From Dicyema japonicum (lineage: Eukaryota > Animalia > Dicyemida): a DNA stretch of 64,000 nt. The notes beneath the pieces are model-generated. The model saw only the letters and a list, made by a program, of their open reading frames with translations, did not search any database and was not told the origin of the DNA. Shown here piece by piece: positions 12,465 through 25,340 of the stretch; position 1 is the stretch's first letter; every line of letters starts with the position of its first letter. Made by a program: the position numbers and the translations under genes. The DNA is taken from contig RDEW01000026.1 in assembly GCA_011109175.1 (NCBI GenBank), positions 761,695 through 825,694 of the forward strand. Reading direction: 5' to 3'.

Positions 12465-12650
12465 AGCTATCGCTCCTCGCAGGTAGGAAACATTGTATTA
12501 TAAGGAAAGAACAGTTATCATAACTAATCAATGAGAAAGAACCAAGGAATGCACTTCAATCCTTTTTTCTTTTTGTTGGGTGTGAGTCCTTTTGTAGACG
12601 ATCCGGTTCCGCAGTGAGATGTTCACTGATGATGACGTCACTCGTCAACT
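12465..12650 (-). mobile_element. Diverged, 5'-truncated SINE copy (second subfamily)
   Basis: Shares AAAGAACAGTT, AGAACCAAGGAATG, GTTCCGCAGTGAG and GTCACTCGTCAA blocks with 1768-2053. Confidence 0.7.
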
Positions 12651-13338
12651 CAAAGCATTTTATACAATTTGGTTTCCCTAAGTATAACCTTACCTTTTTC
12701 ATTTTTGACCTAATTAATATATTTTATAGACTGTTCCCATAATTGTTCACAAAAAACTAAATTTGAAGGATTTTTACTACCATTATAAATTACAGTTAAA
12801 CCATTGGACGTTAAGAGTCTTAAGCCATTTAATTTTTATAAAGAGTCGGGGAAAAGGCACTAAAACCAGGAATATTGAATGGATCGTATAGAGTATTACA
12901 CATTTTTACAAGAGTCACATCATCACATCTTCTTGCCCAATAGCTCGGTTGAAGTACTCTTAGAATATTTGGAGTTTAATTCTCCAAGAATATGGTTACG
13001 TTCACTTTTATGAATTATCGTTTATGACGAAAACCAAGAAACCCATTAGGTTTTAAAGAAACCATATCGACAATCTTGAAGAGAATGCAAATTACTCGAG
13101 ATCCAATGATAAAGGATATGCTTAGGGCGAAACTGATCCACAACATTAGCTATCTTAGATAAGACCACGTTGGACTCCCAATCGTTTCAGAATAATTTTA
13201 ATAAAGCAAGTCATGAGAACTGTCCTGTCAGTCAAAAAACCTTTAATTTCCTTAAGTTAACGAACTAAGTGAATTCCTGACACATTTTTTTAAATTCCAG
13301 AAAATAGGTTTCATTTATAAATCAGATTTCGATTCACA

Positions 13339-14334
13339 ATGAGAATGCTATACTTTTATATTCTCTTTTTTGACTCTATTCGACTTGGTAAATCAATGTT
13401 GACACTTTTGTAGTACCAAATGAAACGAGAACGAACTTTGGGGATCATGGCTATCTCATCAGTAACGTTGAATTTGATCAACAAAGATGTGAGCATCAAT
13501 GTACCGATCCTTATTATCTGGCGGTCATTAATACTTATTTTGAACTGAAGTTTATATCTTGTATGGACTTTGGGTTATTAAATAGCTCTACTAAACATAA
13601 ATTTATGGATAAACGGAAAAATATCAAATGGTTCACATAGTTTATTTGATGGATCTCAGATGGTTAGGATTTTTATTACCATCAAGCCTATTTTCATGAC
13701 TAGAAGTAAATACAATGATATAGACACATACGGATTATACTTAGATCCCTGTTCTAGAGAAATGAGAGTCCAAGATCCTCATGTGCCGATGTTATGTGTA
13801 TGCGAAAAGGGTTAGATATATTTTTAGTTTCAGATATCATTTTTTCTGAACTTATTAAAAATTTTGATTATATACCCACTATGCGAAAGTTACCTGTTCC
13901 AAATGGGACAGGTTTTATAGGTACATTAGGAAATATAAAATATTTTTTCTACCATGACCGCATCTATTTGCATATCATGGACTTAATGAATTCATCTAAA
14001 ATTATCCAAGAATGCACAAAAAACTCTGCTTCCCTTTTATTGATAAAAAATGAAGCAGAGAATAATTTTGTTCACAGTATTTTTAATAAAAATAAACTCA
14101 GGAATTATATCCGAAAACGTATTTATTAAAGCTCCCGTCAGAACGGGTTATCAAAATTGGGCATCACCTGAGGATGGGGATACGATGCTAGACTCTCAAA
14201 CTGTTAATGCAGCCGTCATGGAGGATTGTACCGGTGCATGGAGAAATATTTCTGATTTACGTGAAATTCATAACGTATTGTGTAAATCGAGTTTGTTTCT
14301 TTGTCAACTGTTAAAGATGACTGGCATTTATTAA
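13339..14334 (+). CDS. Probable secreted tandem C-type lectin-like domain protein (frame disrupted; pseudogene or assembly errors)
   Basis: Signal-like MRMLYFYILFLTLF, then CEHQCTDPYYLAVINTYFELKFI and CTKNSASLLLIKNEAENNFV (CTLD helix pattern C....LA.I.S..E..F), and GYQNW...EDC..AW...VLCK. No clean spliced frame found. Confidence 0.35.
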
Positions 14335-14749
14335 TGAAACTGGAATTCATATATCACGTTTCGTCAAAATTTAAGTATAATACATCAAAATTCAACAAAA
14401 AGTCTGTCAACAGAAAGTCTACCAACAGAAAGTCTATAACTACAAATAAAGAAACTTCAAAAAAGGTTAATTTAAAATTGATTTTAGAGCGATCAATTCA
14501 AAAAATTGATGTTAGTCAAAATATTCTTTGGAATTTTTGTCTCCATTATCGCCGCTCAGTCATCGATGGTTTACTTAATTAATGAAATATTAAAAAGAAG
14601 ACATAATGTATGGGTCATATTTAGCTTAGCTCCCCATTAATTACCAATAATTATAATTTAAATCCTGGATTTCATTTTAATTTTATTAATACTAACACAA
14701 TTTGAGCAAATATTGTATGAATGTTCGGTTAAGATAATCAGACTCTATT

Positions 14750-15530
14750 GCGAACACAAGATTATCTGTGAGGACAGAAGGAGCAACTTCCCCAGTTTCA
14801 AAACAACGATTGGGACACCCCAGGGTAATTACCTCTCCCTTTAGTCTTCACCATATACCTTGAATCTGCACTCAGCGATCTCCGTAAATGCTATATTGGA
14901 GACACAGAAAAGACAACTTATGCGAATGATGTGGATTTCGCATCACAGGACGCGACCGCACTCCAACACCTACTAGAAAATGCACCTGCGGAGCTTGAGA
15001 AATGGTTTCTCAGCGTAAATGTAAACAAAACTGAAATTACGGAAATCAAAAGAGAAGACGATGTACTAATAAGCTAGGCTCTCAACTAGGAGACGCTGAA
15101 GATGTACAAAGGAGGAAAACACTGGCTAATGCGGCAATGGCTAAACTGAGGAAAGGATGGCTAAAAGCCAAAGGACTTAGAATTGACATCAGATGCAGGT
15201 TTTACAACGCCTTTGTGAAACCGATCTTACTGTACAACGCTGGGATCTGGGGAAGTTCTTTCAACGAACTATCGAAACTGGATTCGTTCCATAGAGGGCA
15301 ACTAAAAGCGATGGAAGATCACTTTGACAGTTGCGTCAAACCCTTCCGCACGACCTAGATCGACACTTCCGACTGCCTTAAACAAAGATCTAAATCGTGT
15401 GAGAAAAAGACGGGGGACGACCTGGACGAATTGAGATCACTAGCATTCGACAGAGGAAGACGGAAGAGATTAACTATATTGTTTCTATGAGTGTTGTACA
15501 TGCTTCGTGAAAGTTCCTTAATAATAATAA
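14750..15530 (+). mobile_element. RTE-like LINE, 5'-truncated and degenerate
   Basis: GTPQG, YANDVDF, YNAFVKPILLYNAGIWG and LDSFHR; ends in a (TAA)n-like tail near 15520. Confidence 0.85.
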
Positions 15531-16088
15531 GCAAAAAGAATTATGTCAGAACGCACTAGTTATTGATATATAGGTTGCATGCAGATCACATGTTCATGGA
15601 GAATACTTTCTACGATTGTAGCCAATAAACAAAACTTCCCCTCTTTTAAGTGAACCACCTAAAAATTTTTTAATGGCTACAAGATTGCCCAAAGTTACTG
15701 TTCCTATGTTTCTTTGACTCATAGGTTGATAATATTATAATTGACCATCTTGATTTGACTATTGCTCTTGCGGTTCTTCAAGAACATTTTAATATCTTAA
15801 ATGCGTCTCCAACAAATTTTTCTTTAACTCTCTTCACAACTCTACTTCTAAATAAAACTACCCCCACTTCTTCATAAACCCGAAAATAATTTGATTGATC
15901 TCTTTATTTTCAAAGCACTTATCATTCAAGTAAATCACATGACGACAATAGTTGAACAAGTGAAGAGGAATATGGAGGAAAGGAATAGATACTCTTGATT
16001 AAATAGACATTGGATGGAATCGAACTTATAGAGTATTGTTAGATCGAAGGAGCAACCAATTGGCCTATATTTTATTTACGCTTATCGT

Positions 16089-17028
16089 TTAATGGATTTT
16101 ATTACCAAAGGAAAATAAAATAACAGTGCGTCGGTTTTGTGTGAGTTTGTGATGTTTGTTTGTCCATAATTGGATAGCCATGTATTCGAAATCTCTGAGA
16201 GAATTTACCAAAAAGATTTCTGAGTTCTGTGAAAATTTTTGTTTTGAGAGTCTAGCATCTGAAAAAGACAAACGTTTCTTTTTTTCAGAGTATACATGCT
16301 GAGGGCTTTCCTAATTTCTCATGCTATTACGGAATACATGCGTACCGTACCGATTGCTCTTCATATTGACAGCGGCAACCTTCCGTTGAAATAATCCGTG
16401 AACCTGAGAACAGTTATGAGCCTGGAGTCTTTGTTGGTTACGACACTAAGAACCTAAATTGAGCTCACCAAGGAAATAGTGTAGGTCATGAGCCCGAAAC
16501 TCCCCGGAAAGCTATCAGGCGATAAACTAATAGTAGATATAATAATTTACCAAGAAACAATGATTTGTCTCAATTCCCTGAAATTCAAAAGGATTTTGAT
16601 AAAAAATAATCTAGGAAGCAAAAGAATAAGATACATAGATCCACATGACTGCTTCACCCTGTCTTACAAAATCGAAGATCTGCAAAAGTTGATAGAAAGC
16701 TTAGAGACTGAAATGAGAGCAAGTTGAAATCTCAATAGAATGCACAAACATTATTCTGAAGGTACACCAGAGATGAAACGCCAGTTGAATGCAGTAGTCG
16801 GTTGAATGTAGTGCGGCTTGAGGTTGAGTAGAAAAACCTTTGTACAGTGCGACCCCGAATTAGGGAAAAATCACCAAGGATTTGGTCAGGGAAAAAGTCC
16901 CTTTCAACTACCCGTGTCGTTTCAGAAGACTCGTCGCTTAACGGGTGTGATCTGTTTGAAAAGAATTGACCTTCAGTGAAAACTCCATCTTTCGGATTTG
17001 AATCCACAACCTTCACATCCGGTGTCAT
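16089..17028 (-). CDS. Probable multi-intron gene of unknown function, divergent from NAXD
   Basis: ATG at 17028 lies 157 bp from the NAXD start. Candidate GT-AG mini-introns (gtaaattattatatctactattag, gtgagctcaatttaggttcttag) join open frames to the stop at 16089. No motif recognised. Confidence 0.35.
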
Positions 17029-17185
17029 AAAGATAATAATAACACCAGAAACTACGACTACACAAACTCAGACAATTAAAATTAATTAATTAAATCAAAT
17101 AAAAAATTTAAAAACCGATTAAATCAAATAGTTATAAAAACATTTTTATAACTTAATTTTTTTTCAAAAATATTAATTCAAATTT

Positions 17186-18192
17186 ATGTTAGGTAGATTC
17201 AAAAAGTTTATTCCACCACTTAATACAAAGTTACGAAAAGGTCAATGTGGTCGAATTGGAATCGTCGGGGGATGCAAAGAGTTTAGTTATTCTTATATAC
17301 AGATATACCGGCGCTCCATATTTCACTGCCATTTCATCCATGAAGGCGGTTTGCATGTCAAATAAAGTTTAGGGGCGGACCAAGCCCACGTGTTTTGTTC
17401 TAGTGAGGCAGCACACGTGATTAAGTGCTACAGTCCAGACATTATAGTTCATCCCGTGCTGTTTGGTTATCCCTACCATTAATAGTGACTGCTATTCTCC
17501 AAATGAGGTCGATGGATGGCTAAAGAGGATTGACGTTCTGATAGTCGGCCCTGGACTTGGCATCAGTTCGGTGTGCGTAGAATCTGCACGTGTTCGATTT
17601 TGTATAATTGCAGCAATTTATAGAGCGTGCTGTACTTCTTGAAGTACCCCTTGTACTGGATGCTGTATTATACTGTCAGTATTGTAGGACGCCATAAGGA
17701 TTGTGGCGACAACCCCGGATATTGTTTGTAAGTGTCATAAAGTTGTTATAACCCCCAATTGGAGAGAATTTGATCTTCTTTTTGAAAAGTGTCTTTCAGA
17801 TGTTAGCAGAGAGAATATGGATAAGGCAGATCAGGTACAGAGACTGTCTGGTCATCTTGGTGGAGTCACTATATTGCTAAAGGGGGAGAATGACCTCATC
17901 TCAGACGGAAATGAAGGTTTATTTGTTGCCTATATTAGTTGTGATTTGTTCGGAGGAGGGGTGTCCTCGTAGGTGTGGAGGACAGGGAGATGTCCTGGCT
18001 GGAATTGTTGGGTTATTTGTCAATTGGACTCCAAATCAGTCATTTTGTGCCTCTATTTATGCTGCTTGTGTTCTAACACGTGCTAGTGGGAGAATGGCCT
18101 ATGATAAATATGGTAGGGGATTACTAACTACTAATATCATTGACGCTATTCCCTTCACTTTTAAAGATATTTTTGATTACTTGTTCTGTTAG
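17186..18192 (+). CDS. NAXD: ATP-dependent NAD(P)HX dehydratase (CARKD), 6 short introns
   Basis: [67 protein letters not shown] and [12 protein letters not shown]. One G appears to be missing at the acceptor near 17372-17375. Confidence 0.95.
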
Positions 18193-18794
18193 ACTACAAG
18201 GATTTTTCTCTCTTCCTTGCCCTTTTCAATTTCTTAGAGGTGTCATGGGGGCACAGTAACTGGCCGGAATCCAAAAAGGATCCTTCTTTTCTACTTTAGT
18301 AGGGGTTCCCACAATTACGGATAATTAAAAAGGATACGTCCTACTCCGATTGGGAAAAAACCTTCTTCTGGTATGTCCAGGGTAATTAAAAATGTATCCC
18401 CGTTTTAACCTTGGTGTGTATTTTAAGACAAAGATGTATCTGGGATACTGGGGCATAACCCTATTACACTTTTTTTCTTCATTCCTCCGCGGTAGATATA
18501 ACCTCTAGTGTCCATCTTAGCGCATCCAAAAGATATCGGAATCTCAAACCTTTGCGACAGCAAGGCATCGAATGCAACAATATCTGAACTCGAAAGCCGC
18601 CTGGCCAAAATAAAAGATGCCTATTCAGGAACCTCTGCCTAGCATATAAACATGGTCCCCTCAAAAGAATAATTTTCCCGGTATATTAGATACCTTCTCA
18701 AAGCATCTTTTCAGTCTGATGACTATGTTTCACAATAATAACAAGTAATCAACAATAAAACAGAATAAAATAGTCAGAAAGAAGAATGAATGGA

Positions 18795-20861
18795 CTACTT
18801 CCCACAATACAATCCCTTCAGTCGGGTGATCTCATCTTCACTAAGCGTTCTAAAGAGAGGAACAGGCTAATTTGTAAATAACACTGTTACCCTCCCGATT
18901 CTATGACCATTATTCAGAAGGGGAATAAATCTGAGAGGAACACACAAGTCACTTATTCTACTACCAAGGTTAAGCTGATTGCAAGCCAGATTATCTGCAG
19001 TATCGGGGACAAATGGGAACATCATATACGAAAGCAAGCACACTGTGTTGACCATAAGCGATATACAACTGTGGGCAACATCCCTGACAAGTCAACAGAT
19101 AAAATAACCTGGTGGAAGGGTCCTTAACCTTTACCCAAGGCTGTTCCGTCTGAATGAACAAATTCCCGAGACGGGAGATCGAAAGAATGTCGTGAATGGA
19201 CGAAACAAATCTAAAATAACAACCAAATGAACACTTGCACTCCTTCATATTTAAGTGGTAACTCCCTAATAGCTCATCCACTTTTTCTACAAAACTTTCC
19301 ATGGCTTCGTCTACACAGACGGGACCGACAATAGACCCAAAAAACTTGGCACAAAATACCAAAGCCCTGGAATTAACGTGACTACCACCTGTTTATAAAA
19401 TTCCCCAGGTTGTTGACTAGGTGACTGCTGACACACGTGACAAAAGCATCCCAAACAAAGTTTGTGTCCTAAAATACAGACTTGTAACCAACATGTCCCT
19501 CAGGTCGATTTATCAGTAAATAAAACCTCCAATAGTCCGACGGAATCCCCGACTCCTTGATGTCCAACCCGAAGACTCCCAGTCCACGTGATTTTGAAAA
19601 CTTCCCCCCTTCATAGTTTAAATACTCTAAAATGACCAATAGTAGGACCAGTAGCATTAATCCGAGACACGAGAGTGTAATCCTCACCAGTTCCCAATAG
19701 AGAAGATGGGAACACTACAGAGTGAAAGGGAACATTGTCCTTAGCCATAAAGTTACTGAGTTTCACTTCCTTGGGATTCTTCCACCACAACTCCCACTCA
19801 TCGCAATACCCAGCAGTTATCGATATATACCCAATGGGGGCATCAAACCAAACATAAAACACCTATTGTCCTAATAATAACTCCCACCTTATCCCTATAG
19901 CCATCCAGAGGAATTGGAGTCCCCCATTTGAGATCTCGGCTTATGCAACGCTTCTTTAACCCCTTATCAATCCAGGCTGAGGTGATTGCGACTGCATTTG
20001 CACTCCACGAGTTAAATGACGCCCTTTCACTCATCCATTCCTCCAGTTTTGGTTGCAACTACAGTAAGTGATCCCATTACAGCTTCCAAATCCAAGAACA
20101 GGTGATCTGAGTCTCTTATTGTTGGGTAGAATCACACGTCTTGCATTTGGGGGAGATTAGTTCTGTTGCCTTCATCAAATGACCACACGAGTCGCACTGG
20201 TCGCCTCTAGCATCACAGAAGGAGCACAAAGGGCATGTCCCCTCCACAAATCTGTCAGCGAGGAACCTTGACGTTGTAATTACCACAAACATTTCACAAG
20301 AAGTACAAAATAACTGCTCCACTATCTCTGAGGAAATGAACCCGTTCTTTTCCAATTTAAGGAAAATGTCCTGGGCTATTCTGGAAATTAGAAATAATCA
20401 CGACTTTGTTTGATTGTCGGTTGTGGTCCTCCCAAAGACATCAAAACTAATATTCAGCCATTCGTAGACTTCAACGTGCTTCACAAAGTACTTTTCACAT
20501 AGACTCTTCGGACTTAGACCCTCCTGAATAGCCTTCGTCTCCGTGGCAGTGCCATACTCGTCAGTTCCACAAACATAGAGTGTTCTTTTATCACATTGAC
20601 GATTGAATCTAGCATGTCAGTGTAAAATAACCTCGCAAACACATCCCCGCTTAATACGCAGCCAACAATATTTCCAAGATGAGGAATATTATTAACATAG
20701 GGAAGAGCACTGCAAATCAACATATTTTCGCAGTCAGGGTGGGGGAGACTGATATTGTAATTATTTATTTACATTGGTTTTTCATACTTAGTGCGTTCTC
20801 TACTAAATACATGACCATTTCTCCATGATTCAATGTTGCCATTATTTATTGCATCACTCAT
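18795..20861 (-). CDS. MARS: Cytoplasmic methionyl-tRNA synthetase, about 12 short introns
   Basis: [81 protein letters not shown] and [12 protein letters not shown]. One apparent frameshift near 20125. Confidence 0.97.
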
Positions 20862-20989
20862 TCTAAAACGTGCTTATTTATTAAATAATTTTTATAAAAT
20901 AAAATTAATTGTTACTTTAGGTTAAATTTTAATATTTTTGTAAATTTATTATCGAAAAGTCATATTAACTCCGATGACTGGATTCTATT

Positions 20990-22288
20990 TACTAGTCAGG
21001 ATGTTCGCAGAGCCATATCTAATCTAAGGCCAACAACTCAGAGGCCAAAGGACCAGACAACATAACCACATGTGAACTGAAGCACTTAGGCCATCGAGTT
21101 TTTTAACTATTAGCCTATATATTCAACCTATCCATTAACACAAATACAATCCCTGAAATATGGAAGAAGCCTCTAATCAGACCTATCCGAAAACCCAACA
21201 AACCAATAGATGAACCATCTTCCTATCCCCCAATATCTATTCTAAGTTCGGTCTCAAGGCTTGTTTTGGAAAAAAATACAAGACTCAATCTCAATACCTC
21301 CGACCCAGCACGGATTTCGGGACAACCATTCGACGACAACACACCTTACAACCCTCACACAATTCATTGCGGAAGGATTTAACTCCCCCAAACCCCATCA
21401 GAGGACAGTACTTATATCCGTGGACATCACAAAAGCGTTCGACTCAATCCCTTGGAAACTCCTAACAAAGAAAATATACAAAACCAACATCCATCCGAAC
21501 CTGAAACTTTGGCTTGGAAACTTCCTAAATGGAAGACGAGCACAAGTACTCTGCAACAACATCAAATCAAGATCTCGCTATTTCCCAAATGGAGTCCCTC
21601 AAGGCTCCCCACTATCACCCCAACTTTTCAATTTCTACATAAACGACATGCCTCAAACCTGTAATGAAAACTGTCTAATCCTCTCTTATGCCGACGATAT
21701 CATTTTTGCTTCCAAGAACAGAAGCATTCAATCAGCGACTCAGTTGGCTCAACAAATGCTCGACAAGCTGGAACTATGGCTCTCGAAGCGGAGACTCGAC
21801 ACATCAGCAGCAAAGTCCTTTGTCACAGTGTTTACCACTTACAAAAGACAGCTATGTATCGAACCAAAAGTCTTTATGAAGAACGAAGCTATCTCTATCA
21901 ACAAAACACCGAAGATTCTAGGAGTAACCGTTATCCGGCATGTTAAAAACAAAGTAACTTCTGCTTTGAAAAAAATGAGAATTTTAAAAGTACTCTCAAA
22001 GACACTTAGAGACCAAACTGTTGGCTTTGCCACGATTTATGAACAATTTATTCACCAACGATGACGTATACAAGTCCTTCATGGGCAATGCAGATCTCAC
22101 GATCTTCCTCATTGAAATTATCTGCAATCGAGGAGACTGCAATAAAGTTAATTGGACCAGATCACAATATCCAACCCATTGAAAACTTTTTAATTGAACT
22201 ACAACGGAAACTATTAAAGGAGGCTATTCTACCGAGCTGCCCTCTATTCCAAATACTATCGAATTATCTACAATCATACAGAAATTTT
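20990..22288 (+). mobile_element. LINE RT region (host of the RTE insertion; resumes 25352-25506 and ends in (TAA)n)
   Basis: ORF 21261-22064 has QHGFR, DITKAFD, GVPQGSPLSP and YADD. Sequence continues past the TSD at 25339-25351. Confidence 0.85.
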
Positions 22289-25200
22289 TTTGGTTGAGGT
22301 GGTGACGTCCCTCTATAGCACACATGTCTAATACGCATTTGAATAATCCTTGGTTCTCTACCCTTACCTTCAATGCCAGGGGCCTTAATGACTGGTCGAA
22401 GAGGCACCAACTATGTCTGGACCTTGCAAAATATGGATGCTCTGTTTGCTGTCTCCAAGAGACGAAGCTCAGAAAAGGACTCGATGAAAACCTTGGAGAC
22501 TACAGACTAATCCTCCTTCCATCGTACTGTAAACACTATGGACAGGGTTTCGCTGTTCACAAGAATTTGCTCCCCAGATTACATCGATATTGGAAAATTG
22601 ATGACAGGATATGTGTTATTCAATTTCTTATTGGACCCAAAGGGAAGTCCAGGCAACTAATTTCCATTGTGAACGTGTACGCCCCACACAGTGGCCGTGT
22701 TTCCAAAAACCCAGAGGAATTGGACGTTTTCTACGAAGAACTTGTCGAGGTCGTATCTTCTCTGAAGTTTTCATCGTTCCTCTTTATCGCTGGTGATTGG
22801 AATGCTAAAGCTGGGGTACATCAAGGACACGAACGTTTTATTGGACCACATGGAAGGGGGATCAGGAACTATTCTGGTACTGCTCTGGCATATTTCTGCG
22901 AATCCTTTGATTTATTCCTGTGCAATACTCAATTCCAACATTCCGCACGCCACAAGACAACGTGGATGGGCACTAGACTATCGACCACCGGAAATCTGAT
23001 AAGGATTTATAATCAGATCGATTATATTCTGTGTCGAGTAAAAGACAAATCTCTCTTACGGGACTCGAGATCTTATGGAGGACTAACTGTTAACAGTGAT
23101 CACAAAATTGTGTCAGCAAGATTCAGCTTAAGACTTGGTCCAACTGCGGAGGAGTTCCTCTACGGGATAACTAATAGAAGATGCTTCTTCCAAACACATC
23201 GTGGTGGAGATTCCACGCGATCAAGAAGGTATATGACTGAACTCTTGGGCTCTTCACCAAAAGTACAAGCAGACTATAAAGAATGTGTATCGGATTCAAT
23301 TAATAATACGGCATCGGATCTTTCACCAGGAAAGGCATGGCTCGAAACTAGGAGAGGGATCATTTCCGCTGCTGACAAACATCTGGGGGAACTTAAACCC
23401 CATAGCAGTCAGCGTCACCCGGAAGTGTCAGCCCTATTGAATTTGCAGAAGAACTTAAGGCTTAGATCCGAAAATACTGTCGATCCTCAGACTGTTTGCA
23501 AACTGAAACAAGAACGAAGGCAAATTGAGAGAAAAATCAAACTCCTAAACAGACTACATCACACTAGTCAGTTGGAAAGCAAGATCAGAGAGGTAGAAAA
23601 CCTTAAAGACAATGCTGCGACATTCATGGCTATACGACTAATACGGAGGAAGAGCCAATCAGTGAAACTTATTTTGCATGACAGAAATGGAAAAACAATA
23701 GGAAATGTTGCAGAACAGACAGAGTTCATAGCATCGCATATTGAACAACTGTTCTTTGTAAAAGGAGAAAAATCAGATTTCACGCCTAAGAACACAACAC
23801 TTGAACGGATCATTTCACCGGAGGAGGTTTGCATGGCGATAAGGAAACTTAAATCTGGGCGCTCTCCAGGACCAGATAATATACCATCTGAATTGCTAAA
23901 ATTTGGCCCTCCAGAACTTGCAGATAAACTCTCAAAATTGCTGAATGACATGATAGAAAACAAGGACTTTTCAGAAATTGGAAAGGGGATACTAGTACCA
24001 GTTCAAAAAGGTAATAAACCCCCTGGGCCAGTTGAAAACCTGCGCCCTGTCATCCTTCTAAACACCTTAAGGAAGATCCTTGCCCTAATTACTCTTAATC
24101 GGATCCAAGAGCCGGTGGACGGGTACTTGGCCCAGAGCCAGAGTGGTTTTAGGACAGGGAGATCAACGGCTGATGTAGTATGGTGCCATAGATGGCAATG
24201 TGCTATTCAACAAAGATTCCGGAGCTCAAAGACTATCCTTGGAATTGATCTGACCAGAGCTTTCGACACTGTCCGTCGGGGAAAACTCATTGAAGTGCTT
24301 GAAAGTTTCCTGGATAAGGACTCGGTTATTCTGATACGGATACTCTTATCAAACACGAGGTTACGAGTGCGTATTGGAAAATGTTTGTCACGGGAAATTA
24401 TTTCAACAGTGGGCACACCCCAAGGAGATTCCCTTTCCCCAGTATTGTTTGCTATATACCTTGAATCGGCTCTGCAAGACCTCCGGAAGTATTACAACAA
24501 TGATATTATGGAGATCGTGTATGCCGATGATGTTGACTTTATCTCGACTGACAAAGAAGCACTCTTACGTCTCTTGGAGGTTGCATCAGGCTGTTTGGCC
24601 AAATGGTGTCTATCACTGAATGTTCAGAAAACGGATATTGTTGAAATTAAGCGGATGGAACTACGCAATAGTGAATGTTGGAGGAAGACCGTAAAGCTTG
24701 GCTCTCTTCTCGGAGACTCCGAAGACATTGCAAGAAGAAAATTGTTATCTACGGTTACTATGCAAAAACTTATGAAATGTTGGATAAGAAAATGCTCGGT
24801 CGGGCCATCACTCCGACTCAGGTTGTATGAGGCGTTCGTGAGGCCCATACTAACATACAACTCTGGGACGTGGGGAATTTCGAAAACGGACGAACAAAAC
24901 CTTGACTCCTTTCACAGAAGGCAACTTCGGTCTCTCTTGGGACTAAAGTGGCCAATGCGTGTAGGGAGTGAAAATTTATATAGAAGATGCGGTTCCGGAC
25001 CTCTGAGCACCATGATCATGAAGGCTCGCTGGAGATTGTTTGGCCATATTCTCAGATTGGAACAAGACACGCCAGCAAACGTCGTCATGGAAGAATACTT
25101 TGATACGTCAGGGGAGCAGTTCAGAGGTCGTCCAAGAATAACTCTTCCGGAAGTCCTTAATGGTGACCTGAGATCAGTAACCAGACAACTAAAGGACGGT

Positions 25201-25340
25201 GAAGACCTTGGTAGTCTGCGGAACTTGGCATCGGACAGGAGGGGATGGGAAAGGCTAATTAAGAGGATTGTTCAGACGCGGCACGAATAGAATTATAGTT
25301 TATATGATTCTATGTAGTTGCTTATAATAATAATAATAAT
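22289..25340 (+). mobile_element. Apparently intact RTE-like LINE with (TAA)n tail and 13-bp TSD
   Basis: ATACAGAAATTTT occurs at 22276-22288 and 25339-25351. Single ORF; TAATAATAATAAT tail. Confidence 0.9.
22324..25290 (+). CDS. APE endonuclease-reverse transcriptase, 988 aa, uninterrupted
   Basis: APE motifs TFNARGL, LQETK, NVYAP, GDWNA, QIDYI and SDH. RT motifs PGPD, QSGFR, DLTRAFD, GTPQG and YADD. C-terminal RWRLFGHILR and RGRP, as in the RTE clade. Confidence 0.95.
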   Translation: MSNTHLNNPWFSTLTFNARGLNDWSKRHQLCLDLAKYGCSVCCLQETKLRKGLDENLGDYRLILLPSYCKHYGQGFAVHKNLLPRLHRYWKIDDRICVIQFLIGPKGKSRQLISIVNVYAPHSGRVSKNPEELDVFYEELVEVVSSLKFSSFLFIAGDWNAKAGVHQGHERFIGPHGRGIRNYSGTALAYFCESFDLFLCNTQFQHSARHKTTWMGTRLSTTGNLIRIYNQIDYILCRVKDKSLLRDSRSYGGLTVNSDHKIVSARFSLRLGPTAEEFLYGITNRRCFFQTHRGGDSTRSRRYMTELLGSSPKVQADYKECVSDSINNTASDLSPGKAWLETRRGIISAADKHLGELKPHSSQRHPEVSALLNLQKNLRLRSENTVDPQTVCKLKQERRQIERKIKLLNRLHHTSQLESKIREVENLKDNAATFMAIRLIRRKSQSVKLILHDRNGKTIGNVAEQTEFIASHIEQLFFVKGEKSDFTPKNTTLERIISPEEVCMAIRKLKSGRSPGPDNIPSELLKFGPPELADKLSKLLNDMIENKDFSEIGKGILVPVQKGNKPPGPVENLRPVILLNTLRKILALITLNRIQEPVDGYLAQSQSGFRTGRSTADVVWCHRWQCAIQQRFRSSKTILGIDLTRAFDTVRRGKLIEVLESFLDKDSVILIRILLSNTRLRVRIGKCLSREIISTVGTPQGDSLSPVLFAIYLESALQDLRKYYNNDIMEIVYADDVDFISTDKEALLRLLEVASGCLAKWCLSLNVQKTDIVEIKRMELRNSECWRKTVKLGSLLGDSEDIARRKLLSTVTMQKLMKCWIRKCSVGPSLRLRLYEAFVRPILTYNSGTWGISKTDEQNLDSFHRRQLRSLLGLKWPMRVGSENLYRRCGSGPLSTMIMKARWRLFGHILRLEQDTPANVVMEEYFDTSGEQFRGRPRITLPEVLNGDLRSVTRQLKDGEDLGSLRNLASDRRGWERLIKRIVQTRHE

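Noticed and set aside
12624-12650. Hammerhead ribozyme (CTGATGA in SINE copies)
   Set aside because: It lies on the antisense strand of the SINE and is not followed by stem II-GAAA.
17357-17367. 11-nt intron that would restore the NAXD frame
   Set aside because: Far below the 21-26-nt range seen elsewhere, and it adds residues absent in orthologues. A missing G after a 24-nt intron is simpler.
18200-18780. Gene between NAXD and MetRS (POP1-like guess)
   Set aside because: No consistent spliced frame or convincing motif.
23568-24860. Short ORFs antisense to or overlapping the RTE ORF (and similar ORF-track entries elsewhere)
   Set aside because: Shadow frames of real genes or TEs with no motifs of their own.
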